NCBI GenBank assembly: GCA_020200995.1
Contig: JAIVHQ010000210.1
Coordinates: forward strand, 1-39,327
Origin: Flavobacteriales bacterium
GTDB lineage: Bacteria > Bacteroidota > Bacteroidia > Flavobacteriales_D > Cryomorphaceae
Length of the DNA: 39,327 nucleotides
Direction of reading: 5' to 3'
Shown here: positions 17,120 to 26,227 of the stretch, piece after piece
Layout of the letters: every line of letters begins with the position of its first letter
Position numbering within the stretch: the first letter of the stretch is position 1
The notes under the pieces: model-generated
Told to the model about the DNA's origin: nothing
The model's database searches: none
The model's input: the letters and a program-made list of their open reading frames with translations, nothing else
Translations under genes and position numbers: made by a program

Positions 17120-17172
17120 GATGTTTATGCGAGTTTTGCCAAATCTAATTTTCACTTTATTCAAGCCCGCCA

Positions 17173-17811
17173 ATGTCGCTGAAAAACATCATTTTCGACC
17201 TGGGAGGAGTGCTCCTCGACATCGACTACGACAAAACCGTTGAGGCCTTCCGTTCCTTGGGAATCCCCGATCCTGATCAGGCCTTTAGCAAAGCGCACCA
17301 AGCCCGGGTATTCAGGGCATACGAGAAAGGCGAAATTACCTCCGCTTCATTTTTGAACCATCTTATGAAAGCGGTTCCGGCCTGCACCGAGTCAGATCTC
17401 ACACACGCCTGGTGCGCCCTGCTAGGCCCGATGAGAGAAGAAAAGTTCAGGCTGCTTGAAACGCTGTCGAAATCACACCGCCTTTTTATTCTGAGCAATA
17501 CAAATAATATCCACCAAAAGGTGTTTGAGGCCCACATTGAAGGTGTATATGGAATGGAGAAATTCCGGTCGCTGTTTGAAAAGATCCACTACAGCCATGA
17601 ACTGGGAATGCGAAAACCCGACACCGAGATATTTGAGACAGTGCTGGACATTCATAAACTTGCTCCTAAAGAGACCTTGTTTATTGACGACACAGAAATG
17701 CATGTGGACGGGGCACGGAAGACAGGTTTAATCGCCGCTCATCTCAGCGATGGTGAAACGTTGGAAGAAATTCTGAAATTTGCAGGGGTCATGTTCGCGG
17801 ATGGACACTAA
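17173..17811 (+). CDS. HAD-superfamily hydrolase (subfamily IA-like phosphatase)
   Basis: Motif I IIFDLGGVL, motif II ILSNTN, motif IV LFIDD. 212 aa. Confidence 0.8.
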   Translation: MSLKNIIFDLGGVLLDIDYDKTVEAFRSLGIPDPDQAFSKAHQARVFRAYEKGEITSASFLNHLMKAVPACTESDLTHAWCALLGPMREEKFRLLETLSKSHRLFILSNTNNIHQKVFEAHIEGVYGMEKFRSLFEKIHYSHELGMRKPDTEIFETVLDIHKLAPKETLFIDDTEMHVDGARKTGLIAAHLSDGETLEEILKFAGVMFADGH

Positions 17812-17832
17812 TTCCGCATTCATCTATGGAGA

Positions 17833-18630
17833 CTACTTCTTCTTAAAAGTCTCTCCGAACGAGCTGTCATAGTTGAGGTAGTAATCCTCCCCTTTTTGAA
17901 GGTTCGAAACGTTCACAGATTTCCCGTAGCCGGTTTTGACCAGGCTTCCGTACTTATCGAAGATTTCGAACCGCGTGGGAGCAGTGAAGGTGATATCGTC
18001 GGAAGCTTTTTTGGGTTCAAATTCCACCTTGCGCACTTGGGGCTGATAGATCACGTGCTCGGTATACCGTGGCTTTCCGGTGTAGTCAGTCTGCCTCACC
18101 CTCACCTTATTCTCACCACTGTATGGGGTGAGCTCAAACTTGTATTTGTGTTCATCTGCCGTACCTTCTCCAAACACTTCGCCTGCTTTAACCCACTTGT
18201 TCCATCGAAATTGCTCGATCACAAAAGGAAGTGAGCCGCTTTCACCCTCGGTGGTCCAGGAAATGACATTTCCATCCACACCGATTTTCTTGAGTTTAAA
18301 AGTACTGTGTGGCTTGATGGCCTCGGGATTTAGTACAAGTGGCTCGCAATCTTCTTTGTGTTTCAATACAATGTCAATCTTGCTTCCAACCTCAATGCCC
18401 ATGATGTTAAAATCTATGGCAAATGCACTGCTGTTGATCTCATCGCTCGTTATTTCCCCGTTCACGGATACCTCAAATACGCAAAAGCCAACACCGTCTT
18501 CCGCAAATGGATTTTTCACGTAAAGGTCTTTACCTTGGTATATTCCGCTTAGCACAAGGGACTCAGTTGCGAACGCTGTGAACGAAAAGCTCCAAAGCGC
18601 CACAATAAGTAACAGAAAACTTTTTTTCAT
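17833..18630 (-). CDS. Secreted hypothetical protein (265 aa from ATG 18630)
   Basis: Signal peptide MKKSFLLLIVALWSFSFTAFA. The mature part looks beta-rich, and no family is recognised. Confidence 0.6.
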   Translation of the reverse strand: MKKSFLLLIVALWSFSFTAFATESLVLSGIYQGKDLYVKNPFAEDGVGFCVFEVSVNGEITSDEINSSAFAIDFNIMGIEVGSKIDIVLKHKEDCEPLVLNPEAIKPHSTFKLKKIGVDGNVISWTTEGESGSLPFVIEQFRWNKWVKAGEVFGEGTADEHKYKFELTPYSGENKVRVRQTDYTGKPRYTEHVIYQPQVRKVEFEPKKASDDITFTAPTRFEIFDKYGSLVKTGYGKSVNVSNLQKGEDYYLNYDSSFGETFKKK

Positions 18631-18659
18631 GATGGTCATATGCCAGGGTTCAATTCGCC

Positions 18660-18667
18660 CAAAAATA
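18660..18667 (-). promoter_or_regulatory. Candidate -7 promoter box TATTTTTG for the secreted hypothetical gene
   Basis: Consensus match on the minus strand, 30 nt upstream of the ATG at 18630. Confidence 0.35.
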
Positions 18668-18706
18668 CAAAAACTCCTAAGCAAGCCAATCTAAATCCAA
18701 TAATTG

Positions 18707-19219
18707 CTAATTCGATTCAAGTGTTTTAGCAATCTCAGCCATGAGGCGCACCTCCTTTTCGGAAAACTCTACCAGTGGATTGTTTTCAACTGCGTAGAGT
18801 TCCCCCTTATAATCAAATACTTTTACAAAGTTAAAATAGGGTAAAGAGCCATCAGGAAGAGCTGCCTTGTACAGAATAAAGTCTGAATGGTCTTCAACAT
18901 ACTCGATGGTAAAAATCCCTGATTCTAAATCAAATTTACGCGAATTGACTGATTCGAAATCGCTTGACATGATGAAATCTACAGACCCTCCCGCACTGAG
19001 TTCAATTCTTCCGAAACTTTCATTTCTTCTGATTTCGACCTTATCGGTCAAATGCGGAGGAACCATTACGGAAACATCCAGCCCGAAGGGTTGCAAAGAG
19101 TGGTCAACCCAATCTCTGTGCGGGTTCTCCTGAACCACGACCTTCGGCGTGTGTTCTTCCTCAAATCGGTCGCAGGAAGACACGATTAGCACTAAAATCA
19201 GAGGAATTAATCTGTTCAT
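18707..19219 (-). CDS. Hypothetical lipoprotein (170 aa)
   Basis: ATG at 19219 gives MNRLIPLILVLIVSSCDRFEEE with a lipobox Cys. No family is recognised. Confidence 0.6.
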   Translation of the reverse strand: MNRLIPLILVLIVSSCDRFEEEHTPKVVVQENPHRDWVDHSLQPFGLDVSVMVPPHLTDKVEIRRNESFGRIELSAGGSVDFIMSSDFESVNSRKFDLESGIFTIEYVEDHSDFILYKAALPDGSLPYFNFVKVFDYKGELYAVENNPLVEFSEKEVRLMAEIAKTLESN

Positions 19220-19383
19220 TGTATTGAATTGTTCCCTTTTTAACGGGAATTCCGCCGTACAGTTACGGGAGCAGAGCTGATTCGATCTAAGAACATTACA
19301 TGGCATTTGCAATTTTTAATGGCTTCCTCGGAGCCACGTTGCAATTGGATGCTTTTCTTTATCCTTGCAAATAAACGTACACG

Positions 19384-20172
19384 ATGAATATTTCTTTGAA
19401 AGGCAAAACCGCTTTGGTGGCCGGAAGTACAGGCGGAATCGGATATGCCACCGCTCTTGAAATGGCCAATCTCGGCGCCCGCGTTATTTTGATAGCTCGA
19501 AACGAGGATAAACTAATTCAGGTGAAAAAAGAGCTTGAAGAGATTTCGAACGAAAACCACAGCTATATCGTCGCAGATTTTTCTAAGCCATCCGAAGTTG
19601 AAGAAGCTGTGACTTCATTTTTGAAAACGGGTGGCCCCGTCGATATTTTGGTCAACAACACTGGAGGACCTCCCGGCGGCCCTGCATCAGAAGCCACCCC
19701 TGCGGATTATGTCTCTGCTTTCGAAATGCACCTGCTGTGCAATCACATAATAACGACCGCCTGTATCCCCGGCATGAAGGCCTCGGGTGGCGGACGCGTC
19801 ATCAACGTCATTTCCACTTCCGTAAAACAGCCTCTGCCCAATCTGGGGGTATCCAACACCATCAGGGGTGCTGTGGCCAATTGGGCCAAAACCCTTGCCA
19901 ATGAGCTCGGTCCGCACGGAATTACTGTAAACAACGTACTTCCCGGAGCCACTCAAACAGGTCGGCTCGAGTCGATCGCATCAAAGAAGGCGGAGAAAAC
20001 GGGTTCTACGAGAGAAGAGGCACTCGCGAAAATGGCGCAGGCCGTTCCTCTCAGGCGAATCGGAGATCCATCTGAAATAGCTGCGGGGATTTGCTTTTTG
20101 GCATCACCGGCGGCATCGTACATCAGTGGAATCAACCTACCTGTTGATGGAGGCCGCACGTCGTCTCTTTAG
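19384..20172 (+). CDS. SDR-family oxidoreductase, beta-ketoacyl-ACP-reductase-like subgroup lacking the canonical YxxxK
   Basis: TGxxxGIG motif (AGSTGGIGYA) and NNTGG. SNTIR sits where YxxxK is expected. C-terminal INLPVDGG. Confidence 0.8.
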   Translation: MNISLKGKTALVAGSTGGIGYATALEMANLGARVILIARNEDKLIQVKKELEEISNENHSYIVADFSKPSEVEEAVTSFLKTGGPVDILVNNTGGPPGGPASEATPADYVSAFEMHLLCNHIITTACIPGMKASGGGRVINVISTSVKQPLPNLGVSNTIRGAVANWAKTLANELGPHGITVNNVLPGATQTGRLESIASKKAEKTGSTREEALAKMAQAVPLRRIGDPSEIAAGICFLASPAASYISGINLPVDGGRTSSL

Positions 20173-20231
20173 AAGGTGAACCTTGAAACTTACAATTCGA
20201 CCAGGCTCAGGGGAAACGTTTTCGAATAGAT

Positions 20232-20927
20232 TCAGCTCACCAGGAGCTTAAATCCTTTTCCGTGTATGTTGATGATTTCAATGCGCGGCTCTGCTCTGAG
20301 GTGCTTTCTCAGCTTTGCAATGTACACATCCATGCTGCGGCCGTTGAAGTAATTGTCATCACCCCAGATCACGTTTAGCGCATAGTTTCGCTCAAGTACT
20401 CCGTTTTTGTTGATGCACAAAAGGTGAAGCAATTCGCTCTCCTTGGTGGTGAGCTTTATTTCTTTTTCGTTGTACTTCAACAGCTGACGCTCGTGGTCGA
20501 AAACGAAGTCGCCAAGTTCGAAGAACTCCTGCTCAGAGGCCGCCATCTGGAACGCCTCGGTGCGTCGAAGCACTGCATTCACGCGCACTACAAGCTCTTC
20601 CATCGAAAAAGGCTTGGTGATGTAGTCGTCAGCTCCCAAATTAAACCCTTTTAGGGTATCTTCCTTCATTGACTTGGCAGTCAAGAAAATGATGGGAATC
20701 TTTTTATTGATGGTTCGGATCTCTTTCGCAACTGTGAAGCCGTCTTTAACAGGCATCATTACATCGAGAAGTACAAAATCAAATTGTTGCTTTGAAAAGG
20801 TTTTAAAAGCCTTGTCACCATCAGCACAAAGTACTGTTTCAAAATCCTTGGCTTCGAGATATTCCTGAAGAAGTGTTCCGAGGTTTGGGTCGTCTTCAGC
20901 GAGTAAAATCCGTGTTTTAGATGTCAT
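20232..20927 (-). CDS. OmpR/PhoB-family response regulator
   Basis: ATG at 20927 gives MTSKTRILLAEDDPNLG. Phospho-acceptor context VLLDVMMP, then FLTAK, and a winged-helix C-terminus (LTTKESELLHLL...GKGFKL). Overlaps the kinase stop by 11 nt. Confidence 0.9.
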   Translation of the reverse strand: MTSKTRILLAEDDPNLGTLLQEYLEAKDFETVLCADGDKAFKTFSKQQFDFVLLDVMMPVKDGFTVAKEIRTINKKIPIIFLTAKSMKEDTLKGFNLGADDYITKPFSMEELVVRVNAVLRRTEAFQMAASEQEFFELGDFVFDHERQLLKYNEKEIKLTTKESELLHLLCINKNGVLERNYALNVIWGDDNYFNGRSMDVYIAKLRKHLRAEPRIEIINIHGKGFKLLVS

Positions 20928-22476
20928 AGTCGAATGGTAATTGAATAATAAATGTACTTCCTTTTCCGGGTTCACTTTGAACAGAAACCGTGCCGTGATG
21001 CTTCTCAATAATCATCTTGACATAGCTCAGCCCCAAACCGAATCCCTTAATATCGTGCACGTCGCCGGTGTGCACCCTGAACAGCTTTTCAAAGATCCGC
21101 TCCCGGTCTTCTTTTTTAATTCCGATGCCGTTGTCAGCCACCCGAATCTCAATGAATGAATTGTGGCACAAAGTACTCACTTTTATCACAAGGTCCTCTC
21201 CGCTGTACTTAATCGCATTGTCGAGCAGGTTGTAAACCACATTGGTGAGGTGCACCTTGTCGCCTTTGATGACGCAGTTATCGGCGCTTAAATCAGTTTC
21301 CACCCTGCCGCCCTTCTGCTGGGCTTGCAACTCAATATTGCGAATGGCAGCGGTAATCACCTGATGTAAATCTACATCGTTGTGGTTGATTTTCATTTCG
21401 CCCCTGTCGAGGACCGCACTTCTCAACACATTCTCAACCAGCACCCCAAGGCGTTTATTCTCTTCGCCGATCATTTTCAAAAAGTGGCCTACCCGCTGTT
21501 CTGATTTAGACATGACCGGATCTGAAAGGGCCTCACAAGCCAAAGAGATGGTGGCAATGGGAGTCTTGAGTTCGTGGGTCATATTATTGATAAAATCATT
21601 CTTGATGGCCGACAACTTTTTCTGATACAATATGGTGCGAATGGTGTAGCCGAAGGCCACAACCACGGTAAGCATAAATATGGCTGAAGCGAAAAGCAAT
21701 GGCCATAAGGTCTTCAAAAGGTAGGTCTCTTGTCGGGGAAACCACACCCTGAGGTAGAGCGGCTCCTGCACCATGTCGCTTGGAAAAAGCCGCATTCTAA
21801 AGCCGTTCTGCAACAAGGATTCAACGTTCTGAGCTGCTCCGTCCGAAAGCATGACCGGGGCGTCATAGACATCAAAAATTCCAAACTTGTAATTGGCAGT
21901 TATGCCTCCCACAGTTCTTAAATTCTTGCTCAGCAATGAATCGATGGACTTTACAGAATGTCGACTTATGAAATCAGCGCCCATATTCTTCAATTGCAAA
22001 AAGCCCGTCAACACATCAGACAGCAGCTCGCTTTGTGCCTCGCTCAAATCTTTCAGATCGGTAAATGAGCCTCCGTTATCGGTAAATTCAGAATCCTCAC
22101 CGAGGTCAAAAAATCGTCTTGTGGATTTTTGGTTGGTAAACTTGAAAGCGTATTCCCCGTCCGGAGAAATAACCACTGCGGTATCACCGGTGATGGTGTC
22201 GTCCAATACAACAAGACTGCCTTTGGGTCGCGAGCGCTTAATGCTGTCCAATTCGGCGATGAACTTCCGCCCCACATCATTCTGTTTCATCCGCTCTCTG
22301 GCTTCCTCACGCTCAAGGACGTGGTTGAATTCGGCCACTGCGGTTTTTACATTTCGTCTAAACTGGCCATCACGCAGAGCAATGGAATTTTGTATCCAGT
22401 AAATCTGGATGGCGACGAGCCCTACAAGTGCGAAGCAAATCAGGGCGATCAAGGCAGTGATAAAACTTTTTTTCAA
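20917..22476 (-). CDS. Sensor histidine kinase (two TM segments, HisKA + HATPase_c)
   Basis: H box NMTHELKTPIATI, N box NLLDNAIKYS, G boxes DNGIGI and GFGLGLS. The only in-frame start is TTG at 22476. Confidence 0.88.
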   Translation of the reverse strand: MKKSFITALIALICFALVGLVAIQIYWIQNSIALRDGQFRRNVKTAVAEFNHVLEREEARERMKQNDVGRKFIAELDSIKRSRPKGSLVVLDDTITGDTAVVISPDGEYAFKFTNQKSTRRFFDLGEDSEFTDNGGSFTDLKDLSEAQSELLSDVLTGFLQLKNMGADFISRHSVKSIDSLLSKNLRTVGGITANYKFGIFDVYDAPVMLSDGAAQNVESLLQNGFRMRLFPSDMVQEPLYLRVWFPRQETYLLKTLWPLLFASAIFMLTVVVAFGYTIRTILYQKKLSAIKNDFINNMTHELKTPIATISLACEALSDPVMSKSEQRVGHFLKMIGEENKRLGVLVENVLRSAVLDRGEMKINHNDVDLHQVITAAIRNIELQAQQKGGRVETDLSADNCVIKGDKVHLTNVVYNLLDNAIKYSGEDLVIKVSTLCHNSFIEIRVADNGIGIKKEDRERIFEKLFRVHTGDVHDIKGFGLGLSYVKMIIEKHHGTVSVQSEPGKGSTFIIQLPFDYDI

Positions 22477-22483
22477 AGTGTTG

Positions 22484-22491
22484 CAAAGTTA
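22484..22491 (-). promoter_or_regulatory. Candidate -7 promoter box TAACTTTG for the kinase/regulator operon
   Basis: Consensus TAnnTTTG on the minus strand only 7 nt upstream of the TTG start. This would imply a very short leader, so either the box or the start call may be wrong. Confidence 0.3.
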
Positions 22492-22520
22492 CGACCCGCG
22501 GCAGGGCCTTCCTTTGGAGC

Positions 22521-22559
22521 TTAACCATCTTTAACAATCCTTCTCAGCCCGTTAACAAT
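22521..22559. promoter_or_regulatory. Three phased direct repeats TTAAC(C/A)A(T), a possible response-regulator binding site
   Basis: TTAACCA at 22521, TTAACAAT at 22531 and TTAACAAT at 22552. Start-to-start spacing is 10 and 21 bp, 30-75 bp upstream of the candidate -7 box of the kinase operon. Confidence 0.3.
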
Positions 22560-22627
22560 GCTTCATTGGCCACATGCGTAAACACCAACCACGGAAGTTC
22601 TCAATTTTCAAACAAATCGAAAACGCG

Positions 22628-22655
22628 AAAAGCGCCGCATCAGCGGCGCTTTTTT
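22628..22655 (+). terminator. Strong GC hairpin plus T run immediately upstream of the aldehyde dehydrogenase start
   Basis: Stem aaaagcgccgc / gcggcgctttt with loop atca, followed by TTTTTT. It ends 19 nt before the ATG at 22674, and no plus-strand gene lies upstream. Confidence 0.55.
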
Positions 22656-22673
22656 GTGGGTATTCAAACCTAA

Positions 22674-24140
22674 ATGGCGAAATTCACCGCCATGACTGAG
22701 ATCCTCAACTTCATCGATGGCCGGTTTTCAGCGGCAGACTCAGGCCTTTGGCTCGACAACATCGATCCTTCTACCGGAAAAGTGTATTCCAAAATAGCCA
22801 GAAGCGGGGCAAGCGATGCTGACCGCGCCGTGAAAGCAGCAAAAGCCGCCTTTCCCGCATGGTCGAAACTCCCGGCATCCGAAAGGTTTTCGCACATCAT
22901 GAGGCTCGCCGACGGCATCCGCCAAAAATCAGAGGCCTTTGCAAAAGCCGAATCGGTCGACAACGGAAAGCCTGTAAGTCTGGCGCGAGCAGTTGACATC
23001 CCGAGGGCCGTTTCAAACTTCGAATTTTACGCAGCTGCAGCCATGCACTACGCTTCGAGCAGCCATTACACCGAAGGGGTTGGCATCAACTACACCTTGC
23101 GTCGGCCCATCGGCGTAGCGGCCTGCATCTCTCCGTGGAACCTCCCGCTCTACTTATTTTCATGGAAAATAGCTCCAGCCCTGGCCGCCGGAAACACGGT
23201 GGTGGCCAAGCCTTCTGAAATCACCCCCATGACGGCCTACATGCTGGCCGAAACGGCACGTGAGATAAATTTTCCGAAAGGGGTACTCAACATCATACAC
23301 GGTCTCGGCGGCGAGGCGGGTGAACCCATCTGCACCCATCCCGATGTGGGGGCCATTTCCTTTACAGGCGGCACTGAAACGGGCAAGCGCATCATATCGC
23401 AGGCGGGTATGCAATTCAAAAAGCTCTCGCTCGAACTGGGCGGTAAAAACCCAAACATTATTTTCGCCGATTGCGATTTCGATAAGATGCTCTCCACCAC
23501 AGTGCGCAGCTCATTTGCCAACCAGGGCCAAATATGCCTTTGCGGCTCGCGCATCCTCGTTGAGAAATCCATCTACAAGCGTTTTAGGGAGGCCTTTACG
23601 GCAAAAGTAAAGGAGCTGGAAGTCGGTAATCCCGCATCCGAGAGCACCAGGATGGGAGCTGTGGTCAGCGAGGGTCATATGAAAAAAATTCTCTCATACA
23701 TCGACCTGGCACAGCAGGAAGGCGGGCGGATTCTCTGCGGAGGAAACCGTGTGAAACTCGAGGGTGAACTCTCGGGCGGATACTACGTCGCACCCACCGT
23801 CATTGAGGGGCTCGACCAGCAGTGCCGAACCAACCAGGAGGAAATTTTCGGGCCGGTGGTTACCCTCGACACATTCGAAACCGACGAGGAAGCTGTGGCC
23901 AAAGCAAATGCCACTCCATACGGCCTTGCCTCCACCATTTGGACATCCGACCTCAACCGCGCCCACCGCACAGCTGAAGCGGTTCACGCAGGTATTGTGT
24001 GGGTCAATTGCTGGCTCGAACGCGACCTGCGCACCCCGTTTGGCGGGGTCAAAAACTCGGGCGTAGGGCGCGAAGGCGGCTTTGAGGCCATGAATTTTTT
24101 CACGGAGCCCAAAAACGTCTGTATTGCATATAATCAATAA
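22674..24140 (+). CDS. NAD(P)-dependent aldehyde dehydrogenase (ALDH8 / 2-hydroxymuconic-semialdehyde-dehydrogenase-like)
   Basis: 488 aa. Catalytic Glu context LELGGKNP and catalytic Cys context FANQGQICLCGSR. An alternative in-frame ATG lies at 22692. Confidence 0.88.
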   Translation: MAKFTAMTEILNFIDGRFSAADSGLWLDNIDPSTGKVYSKIARSGASDADRAVKAAKAAFPAWSKLPASERFSHIMRLADGIRQKSEAFAKAESVDNGKPVSLARAVDIPRAVSNFEFYAAAAMHYASSSHYTEGVGINYTLRRPIGVAACISPWNLPLYLFSWKIAPALAAGNTVVAKPSEITPMTAYMLAETAREINFPKGVLNIIHGLGGEAGEPICTHPDVGAISFTGGTETGKRIISQAGMQFKKLSLELGGKNPNIIFADCDFDKMLSTTVRSSFANQGQICLCGSRILVEKSIYKRFREAFTAKVKELEVGNPASESTRMGAVVSEGHMKKILSYIDLAQQEGGRILCGGNRVKLEGELSGGYYVAPTVIEGLDQQCRTNQEEIFGPVVTLDTFETDEEAVAKANATPYGLASTIWTSDLNRAHRTAEAVHAGIVWVNCWLERDLRTPFGGVKNSGVGREGGFEAMNFFTEPKNVCIAYNQ

Positions 24141-24157
24141 AGAAGGTCTCTCTGTTC

Positions 24158-24682
24158 ATGCAGTACTCCCTGAATAATTTGAAATCAATCAGCCGCCTTA
24201 AATTGGTGGCCTGTCTCTTCATCTTGCTTCCGCTTGTTTGCGAAGCACAAATGCAGCCGTTTCTATTGCTGGAAAAACCCGGTACAAAAAAACGCATCCG
24301 CTACTATACCGGTGATGACATTTCCTTCAAATTAGAGGATCAACCGAACTTTAATGAAGGGCATATCTCAGGATTCCGCGGCTCACTTTTTTATGTAGGT
24401 CAAGGCACTCCGATTTTACTCAAAGATGTAGAAGCCGTTGCAGACCGCTCCAAAGTCCCCGGGGTTCGCAAATGGTCAAAAGGTGTTTTACTGGTCGTCC
24501 CATCGTTTTTTGTGTTTTCGGCGGCCAACAATTATTTCAACACAGGCCGAAGACCCATTGTCGATCCGGAGGTTTGGGTACTGGCAGGGGTATTTGCAGC
24601 GATCGGCGGGTCGGGTATGCTTTACAACGGCCGCAAATACAGGCTCAAAAACCGCTGGCGGCTTATCGTCGTGGACCATTAA
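24158..24682 (+). CDS. Hypothetical membrane protein (signal peptide plus two C-terminal TM segments)
   Basis: 174-aa ORF starting 18 nt after the ALDH stop. No family is recognised. Confidence 0.55.
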   Translation: MQYSLNNLKSISRLKLVACLFILLPLVCEAQMQPFLLLEKPGTKKRIRYYTGDDISFKLEDQPNFNEGHISGFRGSLFYVGQGTPILLKDVEAVADRSKVPGVRKWSKGVLLVVPSFFVFSAANNYFNTGRRPIVDPEVWVLAGVFAAIGGSGMLYNGRKYRLKNRWRLIVVDH

Positions 24683-24728
24683 TCACATCGCCCATGGCAT
24701 TGCCCGTGAAATTTTCCGAACTTTCGCT

Positions 24729-24736
24729 TAAGTTTG
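24729..24736 (+). promoter_or_regulatory. Candidate -7 promoter box TAAGTTTG for rpoN
   Basis: Consensus TAnnTTTG 32 nt upstream of the ATG at 24768. Confidence 0.35.
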
Positions 24737-24767
24737 TGCTCGGCCTTACGCGTCCTCAATCACCAAC

Positions 24768-26222
24768 ATGCTAAAACAAAGTCTTCGTCAAAAATTATTA
24801 CAAAAGCTTTCCCCACAGCAGATACAGCTGATGAAGCTCTTGCAGGTGCCCACCATAGAGCTCGAGCAGCGCATCAAAGAGGAGATGGAATCGAATCCGG
24901 CACTGGATGAAGGCCACGAAGATGAATTAGAAGACCGCGACGAGAGAGAGGATCTCGACGAAAACAAAGAACGCGACGAAGCGCGGGACGACTTCGACTT
25001 TTCGCAGTACATGGACGATGACGACACCCCGTCTTATAAACTCAGCATCAGAAACAAGGGGGCGGATGATGACGAAAAATCCATGCCCTTCGTATCGGGC
25101 AGCACCTTCCGGGACATCCTTGCCCAGCAACTTTCGCTGAGAAATATCACAGAGCGGGAGGCCCTCCTTGCCAAGACCATCATCGGCAACCTCGATGACG
25201 ACGGGTACCTGCGCAGGGAGCTTGAAAACATTTCAGATGACCTGGCTTTTTCTCAAAACATTCAGGCCACCGCCGAAGAATTGGGTAAGGTGCTCGAGGT
25301 GGTTCAGCGGTTGGACCCTGCGGGGGTAGGAGCTCGCAGCCTCAAAGAATGTATCCTGCTTCAGCTGAGGCGAAAAGACGAAGGCTACCCTTCAGTGCGA
25401 CTGGCAAAAGAGCTGGTAGAAAATCACTTTGACGCTTTCACCAAAAAGCACTACGACCGCATTTTGAAGCGCATGCAAATTTCGGACGAAGACCTCAAAG
25501 AGGCCATCTCCGAAATCGTTAAGCTGAACCCAAAGCCGGGCAACAGCATGCGCGACAATTCCAAAACTGCCGACCATGTAATTCCCGATTTTCTGCTATC
25601 GGTAGACGACGAAGAACTTCGCGTGGTGCTCAACGCCCGCAATGCTCCCGATTTGCGCGTCAGCGAAAGCTACAAGCAAATGATGAAGGGCTATGCTGTG
25701 GCCAAAGAGCACAACAAGAAAGAAAAAGAGGCCATTCAATTTGTGAAACAGAAGATCGACTCGGCCAAGTGGTTTATCGATGCCATCAAGCAGCGACAAC
25801 AGACCCTGCTACTCACCATGAATGCCATTGTTGAATTTCAACGCGAGTACTTTATCACCGGCGATGAAACCAAACTCAAGCCGATGATCCTGAAAGACAT
25901 TGCAGAGATTGTACACCTGGACATCTCGACCATTTCGCGGGTGGCAAACAGCAAATACGTGCAAACTCCCTACGGCACCTTCCTGCTCAAAAGTTTTTTC
26001 AGCGAATCACTTTCCACTGACAGCGGCGAAGAAGTGTCGACCCGGGAGGTGAAAAAAATACTCATCGATGCCATCGAAGCGGAAGAAAAACGCAAGCCGC
26101 TAACCGATGAAAAACTCGCCACCCTCCTCAAGGAAAAAGGATACAACATAGCACGACGCACCGTGGCCAAATACAGGGAGCAGCTCAATATACCCGTGGC
26201 CCGACTCCGCAAACAACTCTAA
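24768..26222 (+). CDS. rpoN: RNA polymerase sigma-54 factor
   Basis: N-terminus MLKQSLRQKLLQKLSPQQIQLMKLLQVP, an acidic region II, and the C-terminal RpoN box ARRTVAKYR. Confidence 0.93.
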   Translation: MLKQSLRQKLLQKLSPQQIQLMKLLQVPTIELEQRIKEEMESNPALDEGHEDELEDRDEREDLDENKERDEARDDFDFSQYMDDDDTPSYKLSIRNKGADDDEKSMPFVSGSTFRDILAQQLSLRNITEREALLAKTIIGNLDDDGYLRRELENISDDLAFSQNIQATAEELGKVLEVVQRLDPAGVGARSLKECILLQLRRKDEGYPSVRLAKELVENHFDAFTKKHYDRILKRMQISDEDLKEAISEIVKLNPKPGNSMRDNSKTADHVIPDFLLSVDDEELRVVLNARNAPDLRVSESYKQMMKGYAVAKEHNKKEKEAIQFVKQKIDSAKWFIDAIKQRQQTLLLTMNAIVEFQREYFITGDETKLKPMILKDIAEIVHLDISTISRVANSKYVQTPYGTFLLKSFFSESLSTDSGEEVSTREVKKILIDAIEAEEKRKPLTDEKLATLLKEKGYNIARRTVAKYREQLNIPVARLRKQL

Positions 26223-26227
26223 GCTTC

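Noticed and set aside
16751-19312. A tRNA-flanked genomic island downstream of tRNA-Met/tRNA-Ala
   Set aside because: There is no integrase or recombinase and no direct repeat of either tRNA 3' end. The flanking genes are ordinary (HAD hydrolase, SDR).
19384-20172. The SDR lacks the catalytic YxxxK motif, raising the possibility of a pseudo-enzyme
   Set aside because: A known beta-ketoacyl-reductase-like SDR subgroup shows the same deviation (NNTGG and SNxxR). This is not specific to the locus.
1886-21008. Long N-terminal extensions in several track ORFs (1886, 4768, 11557, 14929, 16600, 18684, 19312, 21008, 28636, 31972)
   Set aside because: The track accepts TTG/GTG starts and takes the most upstream one. 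Internal ATGs give N-termini and gene junctions (ATGA overlaps, signal peptides, lipoboxes) that fit the protein families better.
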